This document shows, in pieces, positions 50,015 through 60,480 of a DNA stretch of 64,000 nt (within the stretch, counting starts at the first letter, position 1; each line of letters begins with the position of its first letter). This stretch comes from Anaerolineae bacterium (lineage in GTDB: Bacteria > Chloroflexota > Anaerolineae > UBA1429). The translations under genes and the position numbers were made by a program. The notes beneath the pieces were generated by a model. That model saw only the letters and a program-made list of their open reading frames with translations, ran no database searches and had not been told where the DNA came from. The stretch is from contig OY776562.1 in assembly GCA_963675785.1 (NCBI GenBank), positions 160,001 to 224,000 of the forward strand, given 5' to 3'.

Positions 50015-52124
50015 GATCAGTCAGGGACACCCTTCCCCCTTAGGAGCCACCGTGATGACCGGCGGGGTCAATTTCTCCCTTTTTTCGGCCAATGCCACCT
50101 CGGTGGAGCTATTGCTCTTTGATCGCATGGATCAACCTGATCCTGTGGTGATTGCCCTCGATCCCCAGGTCAATCACACCTATTATTACTGGCATGTCAT
50201 GGTGCACGGTATTGGCCATGGGCAAATTTATGGCTATCGTGTGCACGGGCCTTATTGCCCCGAGCGGGGTATGCGTTTCAATGCCCACAAGATATTACTC
50301 GATCCTTATACACGTCTCGTGGCTTATGGCGATAATTGGGATCGGCGTCTGGCCTACGGCATGGGCGACAACACAGTTTCTGCGCTCAAGTCGGTGGTCG
50401 TAGATGATGGCCTCTATGATTGGGAGGGGGATGAACCGCACTGCCGCCCTATGGGAGAGAGCATCTTTTACGAGATGCATGTGCGCGGCTTTACACGCCA
50501 CGATTCTTCGGGGGTTGCTCATCCAGGTACCTATCGTGGCGTCATCGAAAAGATCCCCTATCTCCAGAATTTGGGCATTACGGCCATAGAGTTATTGCCC
50601 GTGCAGCAGCACGACGAACAAGAGGTTGAGCGAGAAAACCCCATTACCGGCGAACCCTTGATCAATTACTGGGGATATGCGCCATTGGCACCTTTTGCGC
50701 CTCATGCTGGCTATGCTGTTAAAGGCGGACTTGCGGCTCTGGATGAGTTCCGTGATATGGTCAAGGCTCTGCACAGGGCAGGCATTGAAGTCATTGTTGA
50801 TGTGGTTTTTAACCACACCGCCGAAGGGGATGAAAAGGGGCCGACTATCTGCCTGCGTGGGCTGGAGAATGTGGCCTACTATATGCTCAAAGAGGATCCC
50901 CGCTACTATTACGATTTCTCCGGTTGCGGCAACACCGTGAGTGGCAATCATTCCATAGTGCGGCGGCTCATTCGCAATTGCCTACGCTATTGGGTGCGCG
51001 AGTTACATGTGGACGGTTTCCGCTTTGACCTGGCTTCGATTCTTTCACGCGATGAAGATGGCACACCTATCGATAACTCGCCCATTCTTTGGGAGCTCGA
51101 ATCTGATCCAGTGCTTGCCGGTACCAAACTCATTGCCGAGGCCTGGGATGCTGGCGGACTCTATCAGCTTGGTTCTTTTACTGGCGATAGATGGGCAGAG
51201 TGGAACGGACGTTTTCGCGATGATGTACGCCGATTTGTGCGTGGCGAAGCTGGCATGGTGCGTGATCTGGCCTGGCGTATGACCGGCAGCTATGATCTCT
51301 TTAGGGATAAGGATAGTTTTTCCTGGCACCGCAGTGTCAACTATATCACCTGCCACGATGGGTTCACACTCAACGACCTGGTGAGCTATCAAAAAAAGCA
51401 TAACGAGGCCAACGGCGAGAATAACTTGGATGGCTGGGAGCACAACCTAAGCTGGAATTGTGGTGCTGAGGGCGAGACGGACGATCCAGAGATACTGAGC
51501 CTGCGTTTTCGGCAGATGCATAACTTGATGGCCTTACTTTTACTGGGACGCGGTACACCACTCGTGTTGGGGGGTGATGAGTTTGGACGCACCCAACAGG
51601 GTAATAACAACGCTTACTGTCAGGATAACGAGATTAGCTGGTTCGATTGGGGTTTGCTTCAAGAAAACGACAAGCTCTATCACTTTGTTCGCTATTTAAT
51701 TTGGCTGAGGCGGCAACATCCTACGTTACGCGCCTACGATATGCCTCATCCAGGGGCCTATCGGGAGGGCATGACGCAGGGGGTTTCTTTCCATGGCACC
51801 AAGCTGCATGAACCCGATTGGACCAATGAATCGCGCAGCCTGGCCATTCAGTTTCATGGGGTAGAAGGGGATATCGATTTCTGCCTGCTGATCAACGCAT
51901 TTTGGGGGCCACTCGAGTTCGAGCTATCCCCTGAAAAGAACTGGCGTTGTCTGTTTGACACCTGGCAGATGCAAACTGAAACCAATCTGCCCGTGGGGCG
52001 CGGGCCGCTGAACGAGGGGAGCTACACTGTTGAGGCGCGAAGTGTCGTATTACTGGCCGAATGGCAGCCAGGGCAAGAGCTGATTGATTGGACTAACCCC
52101 AATGGGCGAGCACCTCATCTTTAA
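50007..52124 (+). CDS. glgX: Glycogen debranching enzyme / isoamylase (GH13)
   Basis: NYWGY, DVVFNHT, DGFRFDLAS, IAEAWD, CHDGFTL, GNNNAYCQDN; ATG 50007. Confidence 0.95.
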   Translation: MVEISQGHPSPLGATVMTGGVNFSLFSANATSVELLLFDRMDQPDPVVIALDPQVNHTYYYWHVMVHGIGHGQIYGYRVHGPYCPERGMRFNAHKILLDPYTRLVAYGDNWDRRLAYGMGDNTVSALKSVVVDDGLYDWEGDEPHCRPMGESIFYEMHVRGFTRHDSSGVAHPGTYRGVIEKIPYLQNLGITAIELLPVQQHDEQEVERENPITGEPLINYWGYAPLAPFAPHAGYAVKGGLAALDEFRDMVKALHRAGIEVIVDVVFNHTAEGDEKGPTICLRGLENVAYYMLKEDPRYYYDFSGCGNTVSGNHSIVRRLIRNCLRYWVRELHVDGFRFDLASILSRDEDGTPIDNSPILWELESDPVLAGTKLIAEAWDAGGLYQLGSFTGDRWAEWNGRFRDDVRRFVRGEAGMVRDLAWRMTGSYDLFRDKDSFSWHRSVNYITCHDGFTLNDLVSYQKKHNEANGENNLDGWEHNLSWNCGAEGETDDPEILSLRFRQMHNLMALLLLGRGTPLVLGGDEFGRTQQGNNNAYCQDNEISWFDWGLLQENDKLYHFVRYLIWLRRQHPTLRAYDMPHPGAYREGMTQGVSFHGTKLHEPDWTNESRSLAIQFHGVEGDIDFCLLINAFWGPLEFELSPEKNWRCLFDTWQMQTETNLPVGRGPLNEGSYTVEARSVVLLAEWQPGQELIDWTNPNGRAPHL

Positions 52125-52656
52125 GCGTGCCTACAAAGGGCAGGTTGCGATAATAGCCGTTTGCATCGAGACCATAGCCCACCACATATTCATCGGGTAA
52201 CTCAAAGCCCTGATATTTGAGAGGTATGTCGATAAGACGGCGGTAAGGGCGATCGAATAGTACGCAGATGCTAAGACTGGCTGGGTTTCGAACCTGCAAC
52301 GTTCGCAGTAAATAATTCATGGTCAGGCCGGTATCGATCACATCCTCAATAAAGAGCACATGTCGATCCTCGATGGACATGCCCAGGTCCTTGGTGATAC
52401 GCACTGCGCCCGATAGAGCATCGGCGTTGTATTGTGAGACGGCTATGAAATCCACGGCCATGGGGATCGAGAGATTTTTCAAGAGATCGGCCATAAAGGG
52501 TACGACACCCGTTAGAACGCCGACGAGGATAGGATCTTTATTGACATAATCTTTAGAAATCTCTTGGGCGAGTTCGCAGATGCGCGTTTGTATCTCGCTA
52601 TCGTTCAAGATGATGCTATCAATGTCATCCAGAATATTTTCACTTGGCCAGCCCAT
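52093..52656 (-). CDS. hpt: Hypoxanthine phosphoribosyltransferase
   Basis: VGVLTG..PFMADL, PRPP motif VLFIEDVIDTGLT, YVVGYGLD, YRNLP. Confidence 0.93.
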   Translation of the reverse strand: MGWPSENILDDIDSIILNDSEIQTRICELAQEISKDYVNKDPILVGVLTGVVPFMADLLKNLSIPMAVDFIAVSQYNADALSGAVRITKDLGMSIEDRHVLFIEDVIDTGLTMNYLLRTLQVRNPASLSICVLFDRPYRRLIDIPLKYQGFELPDEYVVGYGLDANGYYRNLPFVGTLKDEVLAHWG

Positions 52657-53069
52657 TATTGCCTCACCGCGTCTTTGCCCACGAGTTCCTGGCTTTTGTC
52701 GCTCATACCAAAACGTTGCAAAAAGCGCTCAAAGTCGTTGCGGCTCCAGAGTCGCACATTGACTTTGGGATAGAGCTCTTTGAGCCTGGCCAGCTTGCGC
52801 TTTTTGACGCGCATCAGCTTGGGGCGCAGGGTCGTCAGCTCGACAAAGAGTTCCTCTTGAACCAGATAAAAATCGGGCGCAAAAGCCTCAGTAACAACCA
52901 TGTTCTCATCCCACTCTAGGGGAAAGGTTACAGGTTCGTATTGCCACTCGATGCCGTAAAAATCGAGAACGCGGGCAAGTTCCTGTTCACTGGGATGGGA
53001 GAAAACAATCTCCTCCGCCGTTCTGGGAGAGTGCTTGATTGGGCGGGGCCTGGCAGGATCATCAGGCAT
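52656..53069 (-). CDS. Conserved hypothetical protein, PD-(D/E)XK-like fold
   Basis: FSHPSE, WQYEP, PDFYL, VELTT; ATG 53069 with GAGG SD; TAATG overlap with hpt. Confidence 0.65.
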   Translation of the reverse strand: MPDDPARPRPIKHSPRTAEEIVFSHPSEQELARVLDFYGIEWQYEPVTFPLEWDENMVVTEAFAPDFYLVQEELFVELTTLRPKLMRVKKRKLARLKELYPKVNVRLWSRNDFERFLQRFGMSDKSQELVGKDAVRQ

Positions 53070-53200
53070 TGCATTTCCTCGTTTGTCTGTAATCAAATTC
53101 ATTATAGCCTGCGTGGAGGCTCCGTCAACGTACATACCGCTTGGAGAGGGGCATCAATCCCTTTATAATGCCGCATACGTTTCCCATTCTGGAGGTAGGG

Positions 53201-54271
53201 ATGATCGAGCGAGTCGTCGAAGGCAATCGAACCAGTATTCTACTCTCAACAGACGGTCAAGAGGTCAGCCGTGCCTCTGTGCTCGATCTGCAAATGCGCG
53301 TTGGCAATATTCCTGTGCGGTTGGGAGGTATTGCTGGCGTAAGCACTGAGCGTGAGCATCGTGGCAAGGGTTATTCACGTCAGGTGCTCAATGAATGCCT
53401 GGCCTTTCAGCAAGAGGCAGGGTTCGATCTTTCGGCCCTTTTCGGCATTCCCGATTATTATCCCAAATACGGCTATGCTTCGGCGTTCATGGAGGCTGCT
53501 GCCGAGGTCAGGTTGCGCTATGCTGAGAGAGCCCAAATCGTCTATGCAACGCGCCCCATGGTTTCTGAGGATTTACCTGTCATTCGCGCCATTTATAATC
53601 AGATGACTAAGGCTCGAACCGCTACGCTGGTGCGCGAGGATGATTGGACTGGATTTCGGCGTGGTTCAGACTGGAAGAGCCGTTTCGCCGTCGAGATGAT
53701 CGTAGATGGAAACATTGTCCTTGGTTATATGCTCTATGAGCAAAACCTTTGGCAGTGCGATCTCATCGAGGCGGGATATGTAGGCCCTAAAGTGTTTAGC
53801 ACGATGCTCGCTCTGATGGCGCGCGACGCTCTCGAAAAGCGCATAGACACCATCAAGGTGTTTGCTGCTCCGGATGATTCTTTTCTGGCCTATTGCCGGC
53901 GTTATGGCTATCGCCTGAATATCGACTATCCGGCTCAGGCTTCGGGCATGGCTCGTGTCATTAACCAGTCCAACCTGCTACATAAAATGGAACCACTTTT
54001 CAGCCAGCGCCTACAGCAGGCTGGTTGTGAGTGGGCTGGCAAGCTGGTGGTAGAGACGGACCTGGGCACCGATCAGCTCGATTTGGGCCCCAATGACACA
54101 AGAACTTTGCGAGTGCCCCAGTGGATGTTGGCTCAGCTCGTGTTAGGATATCGTTCAGTGGAGGATGCTGCCTTTGAGACGGAGGCTGAGATTGCCAAAG
54201 AAGATCTGCCGATTCTGGACATTCTCTTCCCCGAGGGCTTTCCTTACATGTGGATCACCGACCATTTTTAA
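53201..54271 (+). CDS. Eis-like tandem GNAT acetyltransferase
   Basis: GGIAGVST..EHRGKGY, YYPKYGY; second GNAT-like region and SCP2-like tail; GGAGGT SD. Confidence 0.85.
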   Translation: MIERVVEGNRTSILLSTDGQEVSRASVLDLQMRVGNIPVRLGGIAGVSTEREHRGKGYSRQVLNECLAFQQEAGFDLSALFGIPDYYPKYGYASAFMEAAAEVRLRYAERAQIVYATRPMVSEDLPVIRAIYNQMTKARTATLVREDDWTGFRRGSDWKSRFAVEMIVDGNIVLGYMLYEQNLWQCDLIEAGYVGPKVFSTMLALMARDALEKRIDTIKVFAAPDDSFLAYCRRYGYRLNIDYPAQASGMARVINQSNLLHKMEPLFSQRLQQAGCEWAGKLVVETDLGTDQLDLGPNDTRTLRVPQWMLAQLVLGYRSVEDAAFETEAEIAKEDLPILDILFPEGFPYMWITDHF

Positions 54272-54282
54272 GCCGATAGAAG

Positions 54283-54318
54283 AAAGGGGCTCTGGTTTTC
54301 GCCAGAGCCCCTTTTTTT
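54283..54318. terminator. Bidirectional Rho-independent terminator between GNAT gene and pheT
   Basis: AAAGGGGCTCTGG-ttttcg-CCAGAGCCCCTTT with T-tract on the + side and A-rich flank on the other. Confidence 0.85.
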
Positions 54319-56779
54319 ATCCACGCATTTCAGCGTTGTATTCGCTGGCCAGTTTCTTGAGGATGCGCGCGCGTGCGCTTGCAGTTTGCTTACTCGTGAG
54401 TGTCTTATCGGAGGATTGGAAAGTCAGGTTATAGGCCAGGCTCTTTTTCCCTTTGCCAACCTGTTCTCCGCGGTACACATCAAAGAGCACGGCATCTACA
54501 AGTAGGTTGCCACCAGTTTCGATGATGGTTCGGATGATGGCATCGCTGGGTACGTCGTCATCCACCACCACGGCAATATCTTCTTTGAGTGCCGGCATAG
54601 GCGAGATATCATTGGTCTTGGGCCACAGTACGGCCTCTTCGATGAGCACACTCATGTCCAGTTCAGCCAGGCAAACACGGCGCTCTCCCAGATCGAACGC
54701 TGTGGCTACCAGTGGGTGCAGTTCTCCGGCGACACCGAGCTGCTTGCCGTGGATGCTGATCGAGCAGGCACGGCCCGGGCGTAGTGTGGGATGGTCGATA
54801 GGTTCATAAATGGCATCCTCGATACCCAGGTGGTCGCATAGTGTCTCGATGACGCCCTTGATGTCGTAGAAATCCACTGGTTTGGATGCCGTCGTCAACC
54901 AAGAGCGCTCTTCACGCGGGCCCGTCAGGGCGATGCTGATGCGCGTAGGCTCGCTGGGTAGATGGTAATCCACTCTCGGCAGATAGACATGGGCCAGCTC
55001 GTAAATGGCTACACGATCTACAAAGCGCAAGTTACGGGCTACCGTCTCCAAGGTGGTGTTCATCAGCGTCTGGCGCAAGAACTCTCGCTCGGGTGTCTGG
55101 GGGTTGGCCACGGCGATAAAATCTTCTGCCTTGGGCTTGGGACCTTTGGGATCCAGCGCAGCAATGCTCTTGAGGTTTGTCAGCGAATAAGAGATGGTTT
55201 CTGTCAGGCCGCAGCCTGCAAGGATGTCGCGCGTTCGCTCTTCAACTTGGATCTCGCGATTGGTGCGCTGAATAGGAAGCTCTTCATCAATGAGTGTTGA
55301 GGGCAGACGATCATAGCCATACATCCGGGCAACTTCTTCGATGAGATCCGCCTTGAGGGTGACATCAAAGCGGAAACTCGGCACGGTTACACGTACCACG
55401 TCATCCGAGGGGATAGTGCAGCTAAAACCCAGCTTTACCAGCATTTCGGCGATGGTTTTTGTCTCCAGCACGATGCCGAGAAGGCGCTTGACTTCATCCT
55501 TGGGCAAGTCGATGGTGAGCAGCTCTTTTTTGCCAGGGTATTCGTCGACGACGCCGCTGCAGACGGTTCCGCTCGCATAAAGGCGCATGAGCTCGGATGT
55601 ATAGTAAAGTACGGGCAAGGTGAGTTCAGGATCTACACCTCGGCCAAAGCGGATGGATGACTCGCTGGGTATTTTCAAGGCAGCAGATGTTTTGCGCACG
55701 CTAATGAACTCGAAATTGGCCGACTCAATCAGCACATCGACGGTGTCGTCGCTGATCTCGCTCTGCAAGCCGCCCATCACACCAGCGACGGCCAACGGGC
55801 CCTCAGTGTCGGTGATCAATAGCATTTCGTCGTTGAACTTGCGCACGACGTCATCGAGGGTAGTCATGGCTTCACCCTGCTTGGCCCTGCGTACGGTGAT
55901 GGTGGGTTCATTGCCATCGGCTCTGCTTTGCAGGGTGCGATAGTCAAAGGCGTGCAGCGGTTGCCCCCATTCGAGCATGACATAGTTGGTAATGTCGACG
56001 ACGTTGTTGATGGGGCGCATGCCCGCCATCGTCAGCCGGCGCTGCATCCATTCGGGCGAAGGGCCGATTTTGACGTTTTTGACCAGCGCAACGCTGTAGC
56101 GCGGGCAGAGATCAGGGTCCTGAATTTCGACATTGATCTGCCCCTCAATGCTTTCTCCGCCTATCTTTACTGCGGGGACGGGGACGTTAAAGGGCGAATC
56201 CGTCAACGCTGCTGCCTCTCTGGCTGTGCCGATGATGGAAAAGCAGCGTGCCAGATTGGGCGTCAGATCCAGATCGAACACGTAATCTCCCCAGTAGTCG
56301 GCAAAAGGCGTGCCGGTAGGGGCGTCGTTGGGCAGAATGATGATACCCTCGTGAGCATCCGAGATACCCAGTTCTTTCTCTGAGCAGACCATGCCTTGAG
56401 AAAGGATGCCGCGAATCTTGGATGGTTTGAGGGTAATATATCTGAACGTGTCCGAGTGACCGTCGATGAGGTGGGCACCGTTGGTTGCAAAGACGACCTT
56501 TTGTCCTGCGTCTCCGATGTGCAAATTGGGAGCACCGGTTACAACCTCGATCGGCTCGTCCTGACCGTATTCAACTGTAACAAGAACTAGTCGGTCGGCA
56601 TTGGGGTGCTGCCTTACCGAGACAACCTCACCTACAAAGATGGTTTTGCGGTCCCATTTGGCGCCAATATCTTCAATGCTTTTGACCTCAAGGCCTCCAA
56701 GTGTAAGGCGTTCGGCGAGCTCTTCTATATCAACTTTGGGCTGCACGAACTCTTGCAGCCAACCAAGCGGTACTAGCAT
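54317..56779 (-). CDS. pheT: Phenylalanyl-tRNA synthetase beta subunit
   Basis: HPNADRL, GMVCSEKELG, INNVVDITNYVMLEWGQPLHAFD, DLIEEVAR, FDVYRG, KKSLAY. Confidence 0.97.
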   Translation of the reverse strand: MLVPLGWLQEFVQPKVDIEELAERLTLGGLEVKSIEDIGAKWDRKTIFVGEVVSVRQHPNADRLVLVTVEYGQDEPIEVVTGAPNLHIGDAGQKVVFATNGAHLIDGHSDTFRYITLKPSKIRGILSQGMVCSEKELGISDAHEGIIILPNDAPTGTPFADYWGDYVFDLDLTPNLARCFSIIGTAREAAALTDSPFNVPVPAVKIGGESIEGQINVEIQDPDLCPRYSVALVKNVKIGPSPEWMQRRLTMAGMRPINNVVDITNYVMLEWGQPLHAFDYRTLQSRADGNEPTITVRRAKQGEAMTTLDDVVRKFNDEMLLITDTEGPLAVAGVMGGLQSEISDDTVDVLIESANFEFISVRKTSAALKIPSESSIRFGRGVDPELTLPVLYYTSELMRLYASGTVCSGVVDEYPGKKELLTIDLPKDEVKRLLGIVLETKTIAEMLVKLGFSCTIPSDDVVRVTVPSFRFDVTLKADLIEEVARMYGYDRLPSTLIDEELPIQRTNREIQVEERTRDILAGCGLTETISYSLTNLKSIAALDPKGPKPKAEDFIAVANPQTPEREFLRQTLMNTTLETVARNLRFVDRVAIYELAHVYLPRVDYHLPSEPTRISIALTGPREERSWLTTASKPVDFYDIKGVIETLCDHLGIEDAIYEPIDHPTLRPGRACSISIHGKQLGVAGELHPLVATAFDLGERRVCLAELDMSVLIEEAVLWPKTNDISPMPALKEDIAVVVDDDVPSDAIIRTIIETGGNLLVDAVLFDVYRGEQVGKGKKSLAYNLTFQSSDKTLTSKQTASARARILKKLASEYNAEMRG

Positions 56780-56800
56780 GGTTTGTCCTCCACTCTGCGG

Positions 56801-57829
56801 TTAGTTGAACTGCGTCAAGAAACGAAGATCGTTACTATAGAACATGCGGATGTCAGAGATGCCGTGTCGAAGCATGGCAATACGCTCGGGGCCCATACCC
56901 AGGGCAAAACCAGAATAGACATCGGGATCATATCCGCCGTTGCGCAGCACATTGGGATGAATCATGCCGCAGCCCATAATCTCTAACCAACCGGTATGCT
57001 TGCACAGCGAGCAGCCCGTTCCGCCACAGAGAATGCAATCCATGTCGGCTTCTGCGCTCGGTTCGGTGAATGGAAAATAACTGGCACGAAAACGCAATTT
57101 GCGATCGGCACCAAACATCTGCCGGGCAAAGTTCTCAATAACTCCACGAAGGTCGCCCATGGTAATGCCTTTGCCGACCACAATCCCCTCGACCTGCTGG
57201 AACATGAACTCGGAGCGCGAGGTGACTTGCTCAAAGCGATAGCATTTGCCTGGCAAAATGGCGCGAATGGGCTCGGGATAGTATTTTTTCATCGTGCGCA
57301 CCTGGCCTGGCGAGGTGTGAGTGCGCAGCAGTACATCCGGGTTTGTGGTGTAAAAGGTATCCTGCATATCGCGCGCCGGATGGTGCGGCGGAAAGTTGAG
57401 CAGTTGAAAGTTGGTCAAGTCATCCTCAACCTCGGGCGTTCGTTCAATCTCAAAGCCCATTTGACCAAAGATGTCATAGATGTCGCGCAGTGTCTGGTTG
57501 ATGATGTGAACGTTGCCCAACTGCTGAGGACGCCCTGGCAGACGTACATCGATGGCATCTGCGGCCAGGCTGGCCTCGAGCGCTTTTTGCTTGAGTTCGT
57601 TTTGTCTGGCATCAAAGAGGGCTTGTAATTCCTCCTTGACTTGATTGGCCAGCTGGCCTGCCTGGGGGCGTTCCTCTGCCGACAACTGTCCCAGACCCCT
57701 TAGCAGCTGGGTAAGCTGTCCCTTTCGCCCCAGTACCTGCTGGCGCCATTCTTCCAGTAGCTGCGCATCGACCATTTCAGCCAATTCGCTGGCTGCCTTG
57801 CTGCGCAATGCTTCAAGTTCGCTAATCAT
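56801..57829 (-). CDS. pheS: Phenylalanyl-tRNA synthetase alpha subunit
   Basis: HPARDMQDTF, LRTHTS, SYFPFTEPS, GCGMIHP, GMGPER. Confidence 0.97.
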   Translation of the reverse strand: MISELEALRSKAASELAEMVDAQLLEEWRQQVLGRKGQLTQLLRGLGQLSAEERPQAGQLANQVKEELQALFDARQNELKQKALEASLAADAIDVRLPGRPQQLGNVHIINQTLRDIYDIFGQMGFEIERTPEVEDDLTNFQLLNFPPHHPARDMQDTFYTTNPDVLLRTHTSPGQVRTMKKYYPEPIRAILPGKCYRFEQVTSRSEFMFQQVEGIVVGKGITMGDLRGVIENFARQMFGADRKLRFRASYFPFTEPSAEADMDCILCGGTGCSLCKHTGWLEIMGCGMIHPNVLRNGGYDPDVYSGFALGMGPERIAMLRHGISDIRMFYSNDLRFLTQFN

Positions 57830-57865
57830 GTGGCTGTCTCCTCAAAATGGTTCGAGATCGGTAGA

Positions 57866-58140
57866 CACAAAAAAGACCGCTTCGTTTGGGACGAAGCAGT
57901 CAAAACTCCGCGGTACCACCCATATTGGCCGTCATAAACGACCCTCTCTTATCCGATAGCGTAACGGCCACCGGTCTCTCTGTAACGCAGAGAATGCGGA
58001 GCAACCTACACACCTGCAAGCAAGCTTCAGCTGTCGGCTCGGGAGCGAATTGGTGACGAGTTTCGACTCGAGAGGACTTGCAGTCCGGTGGTCCTCTCTC
58101 CCTGTAGAGTCTGGCCCCGCCTGTTCTCCGTCAAGGCCTT
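57866..58140 (-). ncRNA. T-box riboswitch (Phe) leader of pheST
   Basis: Minus strand: T-box AATATGGGTGGTACCGCG (57909-57926); terminator GACTGCTTCGT-cccaa-ACGAAGCGGTC-TTTTTT; candidate specifier TTC at 58047-58049 in stem I. Confidence 0.9.
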
Positions 58141-58158
58141 TTTTTCTCTTTGAGACTA

Positions 58159-58187
58159 ACTATAGAATTGCATGCCAAAAGTGTCAA
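58159..58187 (-). promoter_or_regulatory. Sigma70 promoter of the T-box-pheST transcript
   Basis: TTGACA-17 nt-TATAGT on the minus strand. Confidence 0.75.
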
Positions 58188-58191
58188 GTAG

Positions 58192-59508
58192 CTAGTCTTC
58201 GATAAGGTCTGGCATGCCCACCAAATCGTACTCCTGGGCCTCGATGATTCTGACGGGCAGCATAGCTCCGATAGGTAGCTCTATGGGGATGAGCACCAAT
58301 CCATCTATCTCGGGCGCATCACGGTAAGATCGGGCCAGTGAGATGCCGTCTTCAACGTCATCTACCAATACTTCTATGTATTCGCCTACCAGGCTCTTGT
58401 TCTTTGCCAATGATATCTCTTGCTGAAGCGACATGACTTCTGCAAGTCGCTCTTTCTTGATTTCGTCTGGGAGGGGATCGCCCATTTCATATGCTGGTGT
58501 GCCCTCTTCGCGAGAATAGATAAAGGCTCCCATGCGATCGAGCTTGAGCTCGCGAATCATGGCAAGCAGGTTCTCAAAAGCCTGCTCAGTCTCATTGGGA
58601 AACCCCACGATAAAGGTAGTGCGCAGGGCCACATTGGGTATTGCCAGACGAATATCACCGATAAGCTTGCGAACTGCATCGACATCATCGGGGCGACGCA
58701 TGGCTCGCAATACACTAGCATCACCGTGCTGCAAGGGCAGGTCCAGGTAATTCACTACTTGTTGCTGACGGGCAACGGTCTCGATGAGACGTGGCGTGAT
58801 ATCCTGTGGATAGGTATACAAAATACGTAGCCAGGGCAGCTCAGGCACAGCCTCGCATATGGCATCCAACAGATCGGGGAGACCATCTTTCATGCCCAGA
58901 TCGCGCCCATAGGCAGTGGTGTTCTGAGCAATGAGCACGATTTCTTGCGCACCCTGCTCATAGAGTTCGATGGCTTCGCGTATAATCTGATCTATCGGCT
59001 TGCTTTGCTGTTTTCCCTTGATGAGGGGGATGGCGCAATAGGCACACGCGGCGTTGCAACCATCGGCAATCTTGAGATAGGCACTGGCGAAGGGATTAGC
59101 GCGCTGTACACTGTGAACTAGATTGCCCTCATCAGAGACACGGGTTACTTGTGCCTTGCTCTTATCCAGGGCACGAACGATGCTGCCGATGTCGCTCCAG
59201 GTGCGCGTGCCAATAACTGCATCAAGACCGGAAACGCGGCCGTACAAGCGTTCGGCATAGCGTTGTGATAGACAGCCAGCAGCGACGAGCTTTTGCCCGG
59301 GTTTCTTCCTCCGGGCAAGCTCTCTCAACAACTCGTAAGATTCTTCGCGCGCAGGGGCAATAAAAGCGCAGGTGTTGACAACGAGCAGGTCGGCTTCTTC
59401 AGGCGAGTCAACGCCGACCAGTCCCTCTTGCGTAAGAAGCTGCCCCATCATCTCTGAATCCACTTCGTTTTTGGGGCAGCCCAGTGTTTCTATGTAATAG
59501 GTTTTCAT
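58192..59508 (-). CDS. rimO: Ribosomal protein S12 methylthiotransferase RimO
   Basis: LGCPKNEVDSE, NTCAFI, radical SAM CNAACAYC, APEIDG TRAM domain; ATG 59508. Confidence 0.95.
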   Translation of the reverse strand: MKTYYIETLGCPKNEVDSEMMGQLLTQEGLVGVDSPEEADLLVVNTCAFIAPAREESYELLRELARRKKPGQKLVAAGCLSQRYAERLYGRVSGLDAVIGTRTWSDIGSIVRALDKSKAQVTRVSDEGNLVHSVQRANPFASAYLKIADGCNAACAYCAIPLIKGKQQSKPIDQIIREAIELYEQGAQEIVLIAQNTTAYGRDLGMKDGLPDLLDAICEAVPELPWLRILYTYPQDITPRLIETVARQQQVVNYLDLPLQHGDASVLRAMRRPDDVDAVRKLIGDIRLAIPNVALRTTFIVGFPNETEQAFENLLAMIRELKLDRMGAFIYSREEGTPAYEMGDPLPDEIKKERLAEVMSLQQEISLAKNKSLVGEYIEVLVDDVEDGISLARSYRDAPEIDGLVLIPIELPIGAMLPVRIIEAQEYDLVGMPDLIED

Positions 59509-59527
59509 CCTGTAAAAAAAGTCCTGT

Positions 59528-60331
59528 CTAGCTATCAGGCCCAAATGTTAAATTGACGACCTGCCCCGATTCTCCAGGGATGCCTCTGTCGGTTCCGTTG
59601 ACAATCAACGTAACTCCGCCGGCGTTGCCCAGATTTAGCTCGATCTCGGATTCAGCCGAATATTCGATGCTGGCTCCCGGTTGCAACGTGCCGCTAAATA
59701 CTGTTTCGCCATCCACAACTACCTCAGTCCAGCATTCAACCTGAGCGTTTAAGATGATGCTCACGGCTGCCACGGTTTTCTCGGGAGTAGGTGTAGCACT
59801 TGGTGGGGTTGCAGTAGCCCTTGCGCTCCGAGTTGGTGCAGCAGTGGTAGCCGGCAAGGCAGTCGACTCGGTTGTTGGCTCGCTCGATGGAGCAACAGTG
59901 GCCTGCGGGGTGCTCGCCATACGAAAGATGTCCAGTGGGTCAGTGCCCAGATAGAAATAAGAAAAGGCGCTCCAGGCCGCAAAGAGCACTGCAATACCTA
60001 AAATGACCCCGACGATGCTACGGTTAGTATGGCGATGTGAACGGCCATGATCCACAATAGGCTCGTCGAGTTGGGAAAAGACATCGGGTGCGCCCAATCC
60101 GGGATGCAGCTGTGCGAACTCTGTCAGGTTCTGTTCTACATCCAAACCCAAAAAGCTGGCATAGTTTTTAACCAGCCCTCTTGCGTATGGCTCCTCGGGG
60201 AGTTTATCCCATTGCTCATCCTCTAGTGCCCGCAAAAAAGATTCGCGGATATAGAGGGCGTGGGCTACCTCGTCGAGTTTGAGTCCTCTTTTTAGCCTTG
60301 CACTGCGGAACCTCTCTCCAAAATCAGTCAC
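59528..60331 (-). CDS. rodZ: RodZ-like cytoskeletal protein (HTH, TM, DUF4115)
   Basis: N-terminal HTH (ALE...LP...YARG.VKNYA), TM helix, TP linker, LNLGNAGGV. Confidence 0.85.
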   Translation of the reverse strand: MTDFGERFRSARLKRGLKLDEVAHALYIRESFLRALEDEQWDKLPEEPYARGLVKNYASFLGLDVEQNLTEFAQLHPGLGAPDVFSQLDEPIVDHGRSHRHTNRSIVGVILGIAVLFAAWSAFSYFYLGTDPLDIFRMASTPQATVAPSSEPTTESTALPATTAAPTRSARATATPPSATPTPEKTVAAVSIILNAQVECWTEVVVDGETVFSGTLQPGASIEYSAESEIELNLGNAGGVTLIVNGTDRGIPGESGQVVNLTFGPDS

Positions 60332-60361
60332 TTTGAGCCTTTCCCAAGCAGTTCACATGCG

Positions 60362-60452
60362 AATATACATTTGAGATGTGGGCATGTCAAAGAGACAATT
60401 AATTCAGAGTCTGCGAAGCATGATTGACACCAATTTGGGCAAAGACTATACT
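60362..60452. promoter_or_regulatory. Back-to-back divergent sigma70 promoters (rodZ-rimO and chlD-like operon)
   Basis: Minus: TTGACA(60390-85)-17-TATATT(60367-62); plus: TTGACA(60424-29)-17-TATACT(60447-52). Confidence 0.7.
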
Positions 60453-60480
60453 CACTTGGCTATTATGGGGGAAGATGATC

